From a virus (lineage: Duplodnaviria; Caudoviricetes), in IMG/VR virus record IMGVR_UViG_3300028925_005152, positions 126-64,125 of that record: DNA of 64,000 nt; one strand, written 5' to 3'. A program made the position numbers and the translations under genes. The notes below the pieces were generated by a model, which did not search any database, was not told the DNA's origin, and worked only from the letters and a program-made list of their open reading frames with translations. This document shows, in pieces, positions 1 to 9,373 of the stretch; position 1 is the first letter of the stretch, and each line of letters begins with the position of its first letter.

Positions 1-703
1 TCTGCTTATCAATCTTCTTAACCTTCTTCTTAGCATAAGAATGTCCATGTGCATATCCTGTTTCTTTCTTATTCTTAGCACGCTTTACTCTCTGTTTCCT
101 ATTACGTTCTTCTTTTTTTTCTGGAGTCATCTTAGCCCATTTCTTATCATTCCTTTCCTTGTCTGATGACTTTCTTTCTTCTGGAGTCATCTTAGCACGC
201 CTTGCTCTCGAAGCTTCTCTCCTTTCCTTTAGATATTTTTCTTTTTCTTCTGGAGGCATATTATCATATCTTCCTTTATCATATGATGCCTTTATCTTTG
301 GGTCTTTCCTCGCATTTACTGATCTACCATCTGTATAACTTGGATTGTTCTTATCAGACATTGCTTCACTATGCTCTTTTCTTACAGTTTCATACATTCG
401 TGAAGTCATGATATCATCATATCTCTTACTGTTTCTCATACGATTGAGAGCAAATGCCATCTTATGTTTATAATACTGACCTTTTGCTATCTTTACCAAT
501 ATTCGATGTACAAGGAAATGTTCTCTGAGAGTTAGATATGCATAGTTATCTTCACTATCTGAGCCACCGAATGATTTAGGGATTATGTGATGTTTTTCAT
601 ATTTTTCAGGGCGTGGTCTATTCTTAGAGCGTTCTATGATCTTTAGATAGATTACTAGATACTTGTTGTCTATGAAAAATTGTTCTTGTTGTTCTTGTGT
701 CAT
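1..703 (-). CDS. HNH homing endonuclease-like protein, runs off window edge
   Basis: Hand-translated from ATG at 703: YEKHHIIPKSFGGSDSEDNYAYLTLREHFLVH (HNH motif), then a basic tail with repeated AKMTPE; no stop before base 1. Confidence 0.8.
   Translation of the reverse strand, partial: MTQEQQEQFFIDNKYLVIYLKIIERSKNRPRPEKYEKHHIIPKSFGGSDSEDNYAYLTLREHFLVHRILVKIAKGQYYKHKMAFALNRMRNSKRYDDIMTSRMYETVRKEHSEAMSDKNNPSYTDGRSVNARKDPKIKASYDKGRYDNMPPEEKEKYLKERREASRARRAKMTPEERKSSDKERNDKKWAKMTPEKKEERNRKQRVKRAKNKKETGYAHGHSYAKKKVKKIDKQ
121..196. repeat. Direct repeat ctggagtcatcttagc at 121-136 and 181-196 inside the HNH gene
   Basis: Exact 16-mer, 60 nt apart, in the repeated AKMTPE motif. Confidence 0.8.
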
Positions 704-741
704 ATTATAGTGTTTTCAGCCGCGGTCTCGACTGCTCTCGA

Positions 742-1365
742 TTATTCTTTGATTGATATCCATCCTGTGACAATGAACTTCTCCTCTGTAGGAGAGATAA
801 CTCCCCTATGAGTAAATGGAAAGTCAGATGGCCATATCATTGTTAAACCCTTCTCTGCTTTGATTGTTAAGTCTTGATACAGGAAAGCAGTTCCCCCTTG
901 ATCTTGTACTGTGTTTAGATAGGTCATGAAGACAAGGTATCTGTTGGATTGTGGAAACTGTCCAGTGAGTCTTTCACTATGCCATATTGGATAACCACCA
1001 CCAGCAGGATAATGTTGTATCTGGACAGGTTCAATATCAATAAAATCATATGATTCTAATACATCATATTTCTTACGATATTCACAAAGGATTTTATACA
1101 ACCAATTCATGTATTTCGTACAGAGAGGTACATTGTGATTCAATGTACAATCCATAGAATCTTTTATTTCTTTGTTGACACCAACCTTCCCATCACTATT
1201 CCAACTCACACCAGCCTGTCTATTAGGCGCAACCAAACTGTAATCAATGATTTCATCACAAAGCGTAGTATCAGTCATATACCACCCATTGATAAAATTG
1301 TTAGATTCATTCACAGCATGGGTTCTTGGATATCCAAAGTTAAATTTTAGTTTGTCATTCCTCAA
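742..1365 (-). CDS. 2OG-Fe(II) oxygenase
   Basis: IQHYPAGGGY-WHSE, FMTYLN-GGTAF, IWP-FTHRG, K-IVTGW motifs. Confidence 0.85.
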   Translation of the reverse strand: MRNDKLKFNFGYPRTHAVNESNNFINGWYMTDTTLCDEIIDYSLVAPNRQAGVSWNSDGKVGVNKEIKDSMDCTLNHNVPLCTKYMNWLYKILCEYRKKYDVLESYDFIDIEPVQIQHYPAGGGYPIWHSERLTGQFPQSNRYLVFMTYLNTVQDQGGTAFLYQDLTIKAEKGLTMIWPSDFPFTHRGVISPTEEKFIVTGWISIKE

Positions 1366-3860
1366 GTGAAAAAGTCCTCTAGTGTTCCCTGTGTTCCATA
1401 ACTCTTATCGACTAGCCAACCTATGGTAGATACGATAACATTAAGCGGGTCAATGAATGACTTCTCGAACTGTGTGTCGTAGTCAACCATCTTGTGTAAG
1501 TCTAGTTCTTTCGGTAGCACTGTGATAAACGAGAATGCACTACACTGATAGAGATTAGGTTGTTTCAGATTGATGAACTTAATCTTATCTCCCTCTTGTA
1601 TGTAAGGATACTTCTTGCCGAGTCTTTTCTTCTTAATCAGATGATTGTAGAGTATTGACCCCTTACAGTGTATAGGAGCTCCTTTGGCAAACATCTGATT
1701 TGAATCACTAAACTTATCTAATCCATTCACTGAGCGAGGATATGCAATCTCCTCTGGGGAAAGGTTCATGAACTCCTCTCGGAATGTTTGTATAAAGGTA
1801 TTCAGTTCTTTCTCGTCACCATTCATGATGATGGACAATGCTTCTCTGAGTTTTGCACGAACCGGAGCAGGAGTAGATGACTTTACTACTTCCAGACCCA
1901 TGACCTTGAGCTTAGCAGTTTTGTATTGAACTCCCTCAGAGTTATGTACATTCAATACATATCTTTTCTTGGCAGTCCATATTCCTTTGTCTGCAATGAC
2001 TTCTCGTGCCATCTGCATCTTTTGTTCGTATGAGTTTACATATTTATGCAAGTCCGTATAAGACTTGTCCATGAACGGTTCAATTTTATCTCTAGCCACT
2101 TTGTCCAAGAAGGCGACAATCTTTTCAGTCTTTTCTCCGTTTGGATAAACCTTATTAACAAGTTTGTCAAAAGTAACATATACTGAGTCTGTATCACTCG
2201 CAATAACATAATCCTTTTCAGTGGTTTCCAACAGCGTATTAAGGTATTGATTAACAGCACGCTCAATCCAACGAATAGATAACTGGCCAGAAGTAGTAAT
2301 AGCTTCAGCGATTGCAAGGTCATAGTAACGAAAGTAAGCATTCCCGATTGCACCATAAGCACTGTTGAGTGATATCTTTTTGGCCATCTGTATGTTCTTA
2401 TACTTTGATATATCTTTGAGTAGTTTGGAATCTTTAGTGTTTTCATATTCTTGTTGTGCCTGTAACATAAGTTTTTTGTATTTAACCCGATCATTATACA
2501 TAGATTGCATAATCTCAGGAAGGAAGCCCTGTTTATCAGTCTTAAACAAAGCACCGTTGGGTGTAAGTGTCACACCCTTTAGAATAGAAGTATCTACTTT
2601 CTTATCTAACATTTTATCCACAGACATATTCGGAACTTTGTTCTGAGAATAAAGTGTCTCTGGAGAAATATTGTATTGCATAATCAGATGAGGATACAAT
2701 GAGTTAAGGTCAAACGACATTACCCATTTGTGCATACCCACTTGAGGGTCTTTTACATAAGCACCCTCAAACCTTTCTGCCTTTGAATTGTGTTTCTTTT
2801 GTGGAATCACGACATTCTTCTCACGCAGATAATTGTAAATCAGAATGTCCCAATACTTGGTAGAACCCAGCACATCCATGTAATTAACCTTTGCATCATA
2901 TGCCATAGTCAAGCACAGTTCAATCAGTTTCATCTTGTCTTCAAGCTTATCAACGATCTCCACATCCATGATGTTGTATTCGATAAACGATTGAAAGTCT
3001 TTTTGATACCATTCACTGAATGTTTCAAATGGGTTGCCGTCCTTGCGTTCCCCTAGTTCAACAAAGGCAATGTGGTCTAGTCGATACGACTCTTGTGCAG
3101 TATAGGTAAATTTACGATAGAGGTCAAAATAGTCTAGGTGAGAAACACCCTGTATGTCAAACACCTGATGTTTGCGACCCATCTTAAATACTTCCCTTGA
3201 GAATACACTTCTCCAAGGCGATAGGCGTTTGAGTTCGTCCTCACCAAACAGATTGGTAATACGATTGCACAGATAGGGTATATCAAAGAACTCGGTGTTC
3301 CAGCCAGTAATAATGTCTGGTTGTTGTTGTTCCCAGAAAGATAGGAACTCTTTGAGTAGATGGACTTCATCACTACATTCAATATAGGTCACATCATCTC
3401 GGTCATTCTGGAACTTACCGACACCCCACACAACAAACTTCTTACTCTGGTGGTTCTTTACAGTAATAGATAGGAGAGGTTCAGCAGCCGCTTCTGGACT
3501 AGGGAAACCATTCTCGCACTCTACCTCGATGTCTATAGTGACAATTAATATCTTATCGACATCATACTTAACCCTGTTGGGATAAGACTCACTGAGATAG
3601 TTGTAAGGATACATGGTGCTACCATGAACTAAGTTTGGTTGATTCTTATAGTTTTCAACCCACTCTTTAGCTTCTTTGATTGTTTGGTGTTTAATTGGAG
3701 TTACATATTGACCGTCCAGAGTTTTCCACTCTGTAGGTAAAGTAACAGGCGCATAGAGCGTTGGTGAATATCTTACTTTGCGATTGATGCGTTCGCCATT
3801 GACGACTTCACGCAATAAAAGAGAGTTGCCCCATTGGACAATGTTTGTATAGAATTTCAT
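1362..3860 (-). CDS. 43: Family B DNA polymerase (T4 gp43-like)
   Basis: DIEVE exonuclease motif; SFDLNSLYP, KISLNSAYG, SDTDS polymerase motifs; C-terminal clamp-binding LEDFF. Confidence 0.98.
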   Translation of the reverse strand: MKFYTNIVQWGNSLLLREVVNGERINRKVRYSPTLYAPVTLPTEWKTLDGQYVTPIKHQTIKEAKEWVENYKNQPNLVHGSTMYPYNYLSESYPNRVKYDVDKILIVTIDIEVECENGFPSPEAAAEPLLSITVKNHQSKKFVVWGVGKFQNDRDDVTYIECSDEVHLLKEFLSFWEQQQPDIITGWNTEFFDIPYLCNRITNLFGEDELKRLSPWRSVFSREVFKMGRKHQVFDIQGVSHLDYFDLYRKFTYTAQESYRLDHIAFVELGERKDGNPFETFSEWYQKDFQSFIEYNIMDVEIVDKLEDKMKLIELCLTMAYDAKVNYMDVLGSTKYWDILIYNYLREKNVVIPQKKHNSKAERFEGAYVKDPQVGMHKWVMSFDLNSLYPHLIMQYNISPETLYSQNKVPNMSVDKMLDKKVDTSILKGVTLTPNGALFKTDKQGFLPEIMQSMYNDRVKYKKLMLQAQQEYENTKDSKLLKDISKYKNIQMAKKISLNSAYGAIGNAYFRYYDLAIAEAITTSGQLSIRWIERAVNQYLNTLLETTEKDYVIASDTDSVYVTFDKLVNKVYPNGEKTEKIVAFLDKVARDKIEPFMDKSYTDLHKYVNSYEQKMQMAREVIADKGIWTAKKRYVLNVHNSEGVQYKTAKLKVMGLEVVKSSTPAPVRAKLREALSIIMNGDEKELNTFIQTFREEFMNLSPEEIAYPRSVNGLDKFSDSNQMFAKGAPIHCKGSILYNHLIKKKRLGKKYPYIQEGDKIKFINLKQPNLYQCSAFSFITVLPKELDLHKMVDYDTQFEKSFIDPLNVIVSTIGWLVDKSYGTQGTLEDFFT

Positions 3861-3866
3861 TATGTA

Positions 3867-3895
3867 ATAATAACACCATTTAGGGTAAATGTCAA
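3867..3895 (-). promoter_or_regulatory. sigma70-like promoter for gp43
   Basis: TTGACA-N17-TATTAT on the minus strand, ending just before the ATG. Confidence 0.65.
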
Positions 3896-4013
3896 TAGAT
3901 TGTGTTTCTTAATTTTTAATTCTTTTACTACGGATATAGGCAAGTCGTCTTCTTCTTATCAAGATTAGTTTTTTGTTTCGTAAGTTTTTCTTTTGTTTTT
4001 TTATTATAAACAT

Positions 4014-4217
4014 TTAATCAGGCAATCTCTTTAGGCCTTCTAGTAATAGAACAATTTGTTTTTCTAGTTCTTGTATGCGATTTTCTAATGATTTGATTTT
4101 GTTAGTGGCTTCGTTTGATACAAAGCGTGGGTATTCATCGTCTGATACTCTCACCATTGAACTGTTTGACATAAAACGCTTATAATTAGCTTCAGTACTA
4201 GCACCATTACCTCTCAT
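4014..4217 (-). CDS. Hypothetical coiled-coil protein
   Basis: ORF in a co-oriented small-gene run. Confidence 0.5.
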   Translation of the reverse strand: MRGNGASTEANYKRFMSNSSMVRVSDDEYPRFVSNEATNKIKSLENRIQELEKQIVLLLEGLKRLPD

Positions 4218-4428
4218 CTATTTTCCTGTATCAAGTCTTATTGTTATTGTTTCTTTTGCGATCATCCGTTGTTGGAATAGATCCTGTGAGTTGGATTAAG
4301 TAGTTATCAACGATAACCATACATTTGTGACATAGATCGGGGTGAGCTGGGTATTCCAGCAGCATCATTGGAATTCCTAGCCTCCAACCTCTAAAGCTTT
4401 TTTTCTTTGGTACTGGCATAAAAACTCC

Positions 4429-4590
4429 TTACCATTGGTGTAAACAGTTTGCGATAATAGAAATACAGGTTATAATGTTAAGTGTTACCCAAAAGGTTCT
4501 TATCCATGCAACCTTATCTGCCTCTACATTGTCCTTAAAGGCCTTTTCTCCTAGTGCATTACACCAAAGTCTCCACCAAGAGTTCTTCAT
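4429..4590 (-). CDS. Small membrane protein (53 aa)
   Basis: Hand-translated MKNSWWRLWCNALGEKA...TFWVTLNIITCISIIANCLHQW. Confidence 0.55.
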   Translation of the reverse strand: MKNSWWRLWCNALGEKAFKDNVEADKVAWIRTFWVTLNIITCISIIANCLHQW

Positions 4591-4868
4591 TTCTTTGGTT
4601 CTGTGATTGAATGTAGAGTCTTACCTTTCACAGATAGTTTATCTGCGGCATCTTTAACACTCAAATTACCAAATTCTTTGAAGTCTTCTCCTTCTTCTTT
4701 AAGACAAAGAGTAGGTTCTCTGGCGAATATAGCATCCCAGCGATTATCATAGTCTTGTTGTGCGGCTGACACTTTTCGTGGAACATCCCCCTTTCCACCG
4801 CTATCTCTTAATTTCATCCTTTTTTTCTCCATATTTAATAAAAAAAGTTTTGTTTTCGTACCAAACAC
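4587..4868 (-). CDS. Hypothetical protein
   Basis: GGKGDVPR...YDNRWDAIF motif seen in small phage proteins; start uncertain. Confidence 0.45.
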   Translation of the reverse strand: MFGTKTKLFLLNMEKKRMKLRDSGGKGDVPRKVSAAQQDYDNRWDAIFAREPTLCLKEEGEDFKEFGNLSVKDAADKLSVKGKTLHSITEPKK

Positions 4869-4982
4869 ATACGATTATAATAGGTAATGCACAAAAGACT
4901 AACACCAAGAATAAAACTTTTGTCACTAATATGATAAAGGCACAGTATGCCTTAGCTAAAGATTCAAAAAATAACAAGAATG

Positions 4983-5396
4983 TCATGGGAATCGAGCCCG
5001 ATACATGTTATCAGCATCGTTTATATGCTTTTTCCTATAATCTAATACTGCGGCCTTGATTGCATCTTCTGCAAGTACCGAGCAATGAATCTTAACTGGT
5101 GGGAGTCCTAGTTCGTCTGCTATTTCTGTGTTCTTAATGGTTTCAGCTTCGTCAATTGTCCTTCCCTTTACCCACTCTGTTAGTAATGAGCTTGAAGCTA
5201 TAGCAGAACCGCACCCATAAGTCTTAAACTTGGCGTCTTCAATGATACCATTAGCACCGACTTTTATCTGTAATCGCATTACATCACCACAGGCTGGAGC
5301 GCCTACCATGCCAGTGCCAATATTATCAGCAGGTTCCCATTTACCAACATTACGAGGATTATCGTAGTGGTCTAGTACCTTGTTACTGTATGCCAT
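4983..5396 (-). CDS. iscU: Fe-S cluster scaffold IscU
   Basis: GAPACGDVM, FKTYGCGSAIASSS, LPPVKIHCSVLAEDAIKAA. Confidence 0.97.
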   Translation of the reverse strand: MAYSNKVLDHYDNPRNVGKWEPADNIGTGMVGAPACGDVMRLQIKVGANGIIEDAKFKTYGCGSAIASSSLLTEWVKGRTIDEAETIKNTEIADELGLPPVKIHCSVLAEDAIKAAVLDYRKKHINDADNMYRARFP

Positions 5397-5502
5397 TTGG
5401 TATTATTCTCTGATTAATTTCTGTTTTTTTATTGTTCATCTGTTTCCCTTAGTTGTCAGCTAACAACCCGCATATGGGTATTGTATGAACTGCTAGGGTA
5501 CA

Positions 5503-5700
5503 TTATAAGTCCTGTTCTAGCTGCGAATGAGTTTTTGTCTGTGTGAAATTATGTGCCACAACTGATGCTTCTTGGTGTGTTGGATACATTCCTACTGACG
5601 CACCATTCCATAATACTTCAAATAAAATATTTTCACCTTTTGTATGACTTCTAACTTCGGCCCTTTGATTATCACCAAAGACTTCACTAAGTACTTCCAT
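5503..5700 (-). CDS. Hypothetical protein
   Basis: ORF with upstream AGGAG. Confidence 0.5.
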   Translation of the reverse strand: MEVLSEVFGDNQRAEVRSHTKGENILFEVLWNGASVGMYPTHQEASVVAHNFTQTKTHSQLEQDL

Positions 5701-6007
5701 CTAAATTCTCCTTTATAAACTCGTTTGGGTTAACGAGCTCTGTCCATTTTGACAACTTCTTGCGTTTCTCTAATACATGATTTTCCATTTCATCGTAACT
5801 GACCAAATCAAACTCTGCGGCCAGTCCAATCATACAAAACACATCAGCTAATTCACGTTTAAAATTACTAATATATTTAGAATTACCAGAAAACTCTTGT
5901 CTTCGTAGAAGTTTAGAGCAAGCTTGTATTAACTCACCGCATTCTTCCATTGTAATTACTAGAAGCTCTTGACGAACATCTAGTTTATCCATATCTTTAA
6001 CTTTCAC
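5687..6007 (-). CDS. MazG-like NTP pyrophosphohydrolase
   Basis: EECGELIQACSK...ELADV motif. Confidence 0.75.
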   Translation of the reverse strand: MKVKDMDKLDVRQELLVITMEECGELIQACSKLLRRQEFSGNSKYISNFKRELADVFCMIGLAAEFDLVSYDEMENHVLEKRKKLSKWTELVNPNEFIKENLDGST

Positions 6008-6078
6008 ATTTATACTCTTTTAATTCTAATATAACTAGTTTACACTAATGCCTAGTAATTGTCAATAGGTAAATGACA

Positions 6079-6510
6079 TTATCCTAACAAATAGTATCTG
6101 TTCTTCAAGTGTCGGGCAGAAATATCATCTTTAGACTGACCATGATATTCCACAGCGTGGTGTTCATCAACCAACATCTGATTGATAGACTTACGACCAC
6201 CGGAGGGTTCTAAACCTTGAATATCAACAGCTCTCCACAACTCACCAAGAATACGACCATACTTACCTTTATCGTCTTTCTTTGTCCTGAGAATGATACC
6301 ACCATCATGTGACAACATTTCTACTAGAAAATCTTTTGCCATCAGTCCGTATTTCTTTTCCACTAAGTCTCTGGTTCTTGATTCTGGCGTGTCTATACCA
6401 TACAATCTTATGCGTTCCTTGCGTAACCAAGTTCCAAAACCTAAATCTATATTTACGTCAACAGTATCACCATCAACCACTCTATCTATTTCGACTCTAT
6501 ATTCATACAT
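6079..6510 (-). CDS. SNase/thermonuclease-family nuclease
   Basis: RVVDGDT, RIRLYGIDTPE, KYGRILG; likely start MYEY at 6510. Confidence 0.88.
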   Translation of the reverse strand: MYEYRVEIDRVVDGDTVDVNIDLGFGTWLRKERIRLYGIDTPESRTRDLVEKKYGLMAKDFLVEMLSHDGGIILRTKKDDKGKYGRILGELWRAVDIQGLEPSGGRKSINQMLVDEHHAVEYHGQSKDDISARHLKNRYYLLG

Positions 6511-6529
6511 TTTCTTTCTTCCTTTTTTC

Positions 6530-6838
6530 CTAAACCGCGAAGGATTCTCCACAGCCGCAAGAAGCAGTAACATTTGGATTTTTAACGACCAAAGAAGCTC
6601 CAGCAAAACCTAACACATAATCAATAGTACAACCTTCCACCATTTTTTCTGCCAGTTTATCGACTAACAAAATGTTGTCAACCAATGTGCCGCCTGTATC
6701 GTCATTTACTAAATCCCAACAATACTGAAACCCAGAACAACCACCACCTTCAACAGACACACGAGCATAACGACCAGATAAACCTAATCCAATCATATCT
6801 TCTAAATACTCTTTTGCTGTTTCTGATATATTAATCAT
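6530..6838 (-). CDS. iscA: A-type Fe-S carrier (IscA/ErpA/HesB)
   Basis: GGGCSGFQY and NPN-SCGCGESF motifs. Confidence 0.93.
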   Translation of the reverse strand: MINISETAKEYLEDMIGLGLSGRYARVSVEGGGCSGFQYCWDLVNDDTGGTLVDNILLVDKLAEKMVEGCTIDYVLGFAGASLVVKNPNVTASCGCGESFAV

Positions 6839-7722
6839 TCGTAATAACTCATTGATACACCGTTTTGTTCTTTAACGACCAAGTTAATTCCATCAGAGCC
6901 GCGACTAACTGTTGTTTTTATCTTACCCTCATTACTTTCTTCTAAAGACTTTATCTTACGAGCAGTTCTTTTTTTCTTTCTCTCGCTCATCTGCCGGAAA
7001 CTTATATTTGCAGCGATAATCAATAGTACTGCGAGTGGGTCAAAGACAAACACTAGAATGAGAATGACACCACGAACAGCAGTATCAATATGGTCAAGTG
7101 CTTCATCTCCATACACTAACGCAGAGATATATTTCAACGGCCCAACTTCAACCTCAAAGCTATTTATCTGTAATTGGTATTCAGACTTCTCGTCAAGCAA
7201 TATATCTATCTTATTTTGTGTAGTATTAACCTGTGATACGAGTCCAGCCCGTTCTTGTTCTTGTTCTTGTCGCTTTGCTAGTCCTTTTGATACTGCGCCT
7301 AGTTCTAAGTATTTGTCTAGTGCTGTGTCTAATGCGTTAAGTTGAGTTTCTGCTCGTGTAATTGTCTTGCGTTCTGACTTAATACGATTGTCTATTCTAT
7401 CAACCTTAACATATAGTTCAGATGTTCCTGTGCCTTGATCTATGTGTGCTTTGGACAGATAACCAAAAATACCCATACTAGTGATAAACATGAGTACTAC
7501 TACCGCCAATGTAAGATAGGATTTCAACAAGAAAGGAACTTTCTTCCAATTTTGGTATAACCAAGAGGCAGTTATTAGTTTACCAATCTCTAACATAACA
7601 CCCATGATCGCTATAGACCATGCTGATGCAGAAAAGATTGCCATAAGACCAACAATAGAGTAAAATGCAGCAACCGCACTAATACCCAAAGCTGTTAATA
7701 ATGTAACGATTGCTAATATCAT
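6835..7722 (-). CDS. Membrane protein with central coiled coil
   Basis: Three N-terminal TM segments, a coiled coil, then a C-terminal TM (VFDPLAVLL). Confidence 0.7.
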   Translation of the reverse strand: MILAIVTLLTALGISAVAAFYSIVGLMAIFSASAWSIAIMGVMLEIGKLITASWLYQNWKKVPFLLKSYLTLAVVVLMFITSMGIFGYLSKAHIDQGTGTSELYVKVDRIDNRIKSERKTITRAETQLNALDTALDKYLELGAVSKGLAKRQEQEQERAGLVSQVNTTQNKIDILLDEKSEYQLQINSFEVEVGPLKYISALVYGDEALDHIDTAVRGVILILVFVFDPLAVLLIIAANISFRQMSERKKKRTARKIKSLEESNEGKIKTTVSRGSDGINLVVKEQNGVSMSYYE

Positions 7723-7750
7723 AATACTATTTAGGTGATTTTACCTTTGA

Positions 7751-8053
7751 CTAAACAAGCTCCTTTGGTTCTTCATATAATATTTCATCAAATTCAGTTA
7801 TGTAAGAGGACGGAAGACCCATATAATAACACACATATGAACCATCAGTTCCCGCACCCATTTCTTCAGCATCAAGTAAGTACTTGACCGCAGATTTCCG
7901 ATCATTACCTAATGCTTTGATACACTGTTCAAATATAACAGCCTTTGCAGTTACAATTTCCTCTTTAGCAATTTCATATGCTTGGAAAGACTCTTTAGAA
8001 AGTTTTTCTGCTTTAACAAAATTCTGTAGTTCACCGATCATACTAACTCCCAC
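7751..8053 (-). CDS. Hypothetical early protein
   Basis: Coupled ORF run behind early promoter. Confidence 0.55.
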   Translation of the reverse strand: MGVSMIGELQNFVKAEKLSKESFQAYEIAKEEIVTAKAVIFEQCIKALGNDRKSAVKYLLDAEEMGAGTDGSYVCYYMGLPSSYITEFDEILYEEPKELV

Positions 8054-8343
8054 CCTGTAGATGTAAATTTATACTTATTAGTTCCAATTAAAATAAAATC
8101 ATGCATAGCTGTGCTTCGGCAAGTCTTCTTAGGCCCAATGTAATTAACATCATCACTCGCATACCAAGCAGTATTAATACTGTTAGTCAATCGAAATGCA
8201 ACCTCACACTTTTCTGTAGCACTGAGTCTTTTATCGACTCCAATCTTTGCAACAATTTGAGGTTCTACCTCAAACGCTGCGTGAATAACTGTAATAGTTT
8301 CTTTAAACTTTTCTTCGTATTTTTTTACTAATGCATCAGACAT
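8038..8343 (-). CDS. Hypothetical early protein
   Basis: Coupled ORF run behind early promoter. Confidence 0.6.
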   Translation of the reverse strand: MSDALVKKYEEKFKETITVIHAAFEVEPQIVAKIGVDKRLSATEKCEVAFRLTNSINTAWYASDDVNYIGPKKTCRSTAMHDFILIGTNKYKFTSTGWELV

Positions 8344-8546
8344 TAAGCAACCTTTTTCTTTTTAATTTTAGTAAACTTTCTTCTTGATTTTGAAAATGTT
8401 TTCATTGGAGAACTAAAGATTATTTCTTCTTCAGTTCCACTCTTGATATAACCAACTAAATGTCCAGCTGGATTCAATATGTAAATGTTGTTATGAACAA
8501 TGTAAGGTTCATTCCATTCTGTAGTTTCTTGAAGATAAATATTCAT
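8343..8546 (-). CDS. Hypothetical early protein
   Basis: TAATG-coupled ORF. Confidence 0.6.
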   Translation of the reverse strand: MNIYLQETTEWNEPYIVHNNIYILNPAGHLVGYIKSGTEEEIIFSSPMKTFSKSRRKFTKIKKKKVA

Positions 8547-8899
8547 TATACAACCTTATATTCTTTATTCCACTTACCAATATTGATGTCAGTATAATGC
8601 GAACGGTAAAAATAATCAGTCATCATATCATCATGGTTGAAGTAATTTGGCCCTTTCATTGCATCTAACAACTCGTTTAGAAACTTTCTAGCAACTCCCT
8701 TGTAATGGTCATCAATCCAATAGGTATTAACAGCTGTATAATCAGAATTATGTTTGAAGTCAATAGCACCTTCTTTGAGGTTGACAACCAAAGTACTATG
8801 ATTGTTAACAGCAATAGACCCCTTCATTTTATACTTTTTAAGTATTAATTTAATAGCAGGAGCAAGTTCTTTTTTATCTTTTTGTGAAACGTAAGCCAT
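8546..8899 (-). CDS. Hypothetical early protein
   Basis: MAYVSQ...INIGKWNK; GAGAGAG RBS and promoter upstream. Confidence 0.7.
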   Translation of the reverse strand: MAYVSQKDKKELAPAIKLILKKYKMKGSIAVNNHSTLVVNLKEGAIDFKHNSDYTAVNTYWIDDHYKGVARKFLNELLDAMKGPNYFNHDDMMTDYFYRSHYTDINIGKWNKEYKVV

Positions 8900-8932
8900 G
8901 TTTTTCTCTCTCTTTTTTTATCTTATGTAGCC

Positions 8933-8961
8933 ATTATACTCCATTTATGAAGCAATGTCAA
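8933..8961 (-). promoter_or_regulatory. Consensus sigma70-like early promoter
   Basis: TTGACA-N17-TATAAT. Confidence 0.8.
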
Positions 8962-9244
8962 GTCTTATTTCACCTTCTGGCCAAGTTAAATCAAATCTAT
9001 CATCATTCAATAGTACATCACGAACACGTTCTCGGTCTATGCTATCCCAATAGGGAGTGGACTTTTCTAAAGTTAATTCATCAATATAAATGTTAGTAGC
9101 TTCAATGATTTGTTCCATAGTTGCATTCATATCGTAAAGTTGGTTTTTACCATAGAAACCATAAACATACTTAACAAATTTGTACTGTTCTATAGTAATA
9201 GCAATCTTATTAGTGGCTTGGTATAATTCTTCGTTCAATGTCAT
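8945..9244 (-). CDS. Hypothetical early protein
   Basis: ORF with GAGAGAG RBS and its own promoter. Confidence 0.6.
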   Translation of the reverse strand: MTLNEELYQATNKIAITIEQYKFVKYVYGFYGKNQLYDMNATMEQIIEATNIYIDELTLEKSTPYWDSIDRERVRDVLLNDDRFDLTWPEGEIRLDIAS

Positions 9245-9279
9245 AATATATTCTCTCTCTTTTTTGATTTTGTATACCT

Positions 9280-9308
9280 ATTATAACACAACTAGCTAGC
9301 AATGTCAA
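9280..9308 (-). promoter_or_regulatory. Consensus sigma70-like early promoter
   Basis: TTGACA-N17-TATAAT. Confidence 0.8.
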
Positions 9309-9318
9309 GGCACTTAGG

Positions 9319-9346
9319 CAAAAAAAATCCCTGTAGAAACAGGGAC
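9319..9346 (-). terminator. Rho-independent terminator
   Basis: TCCCTG/CAGGGA stem followed by a T-run on the minus strand. Confidence 0.65.
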
Positions 9347-9373
9347 TTAGTAAAAACATTGAAATTAATTTGA

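Noticed and set aside
2036-2554. 172-aa alternate-frame ORF inside gp43, and many plus-strand ORFs opposite real genes
   Set aside because: Shadow ORFs with no motifs or RBS, overlapping well-supported genes.
6510-6606. N-terminal extension of the SNase ORF overlapping iscA
   Set aside because: RBS and family start fit MYEY at 6510; the extension is an ORF-calling artefact.
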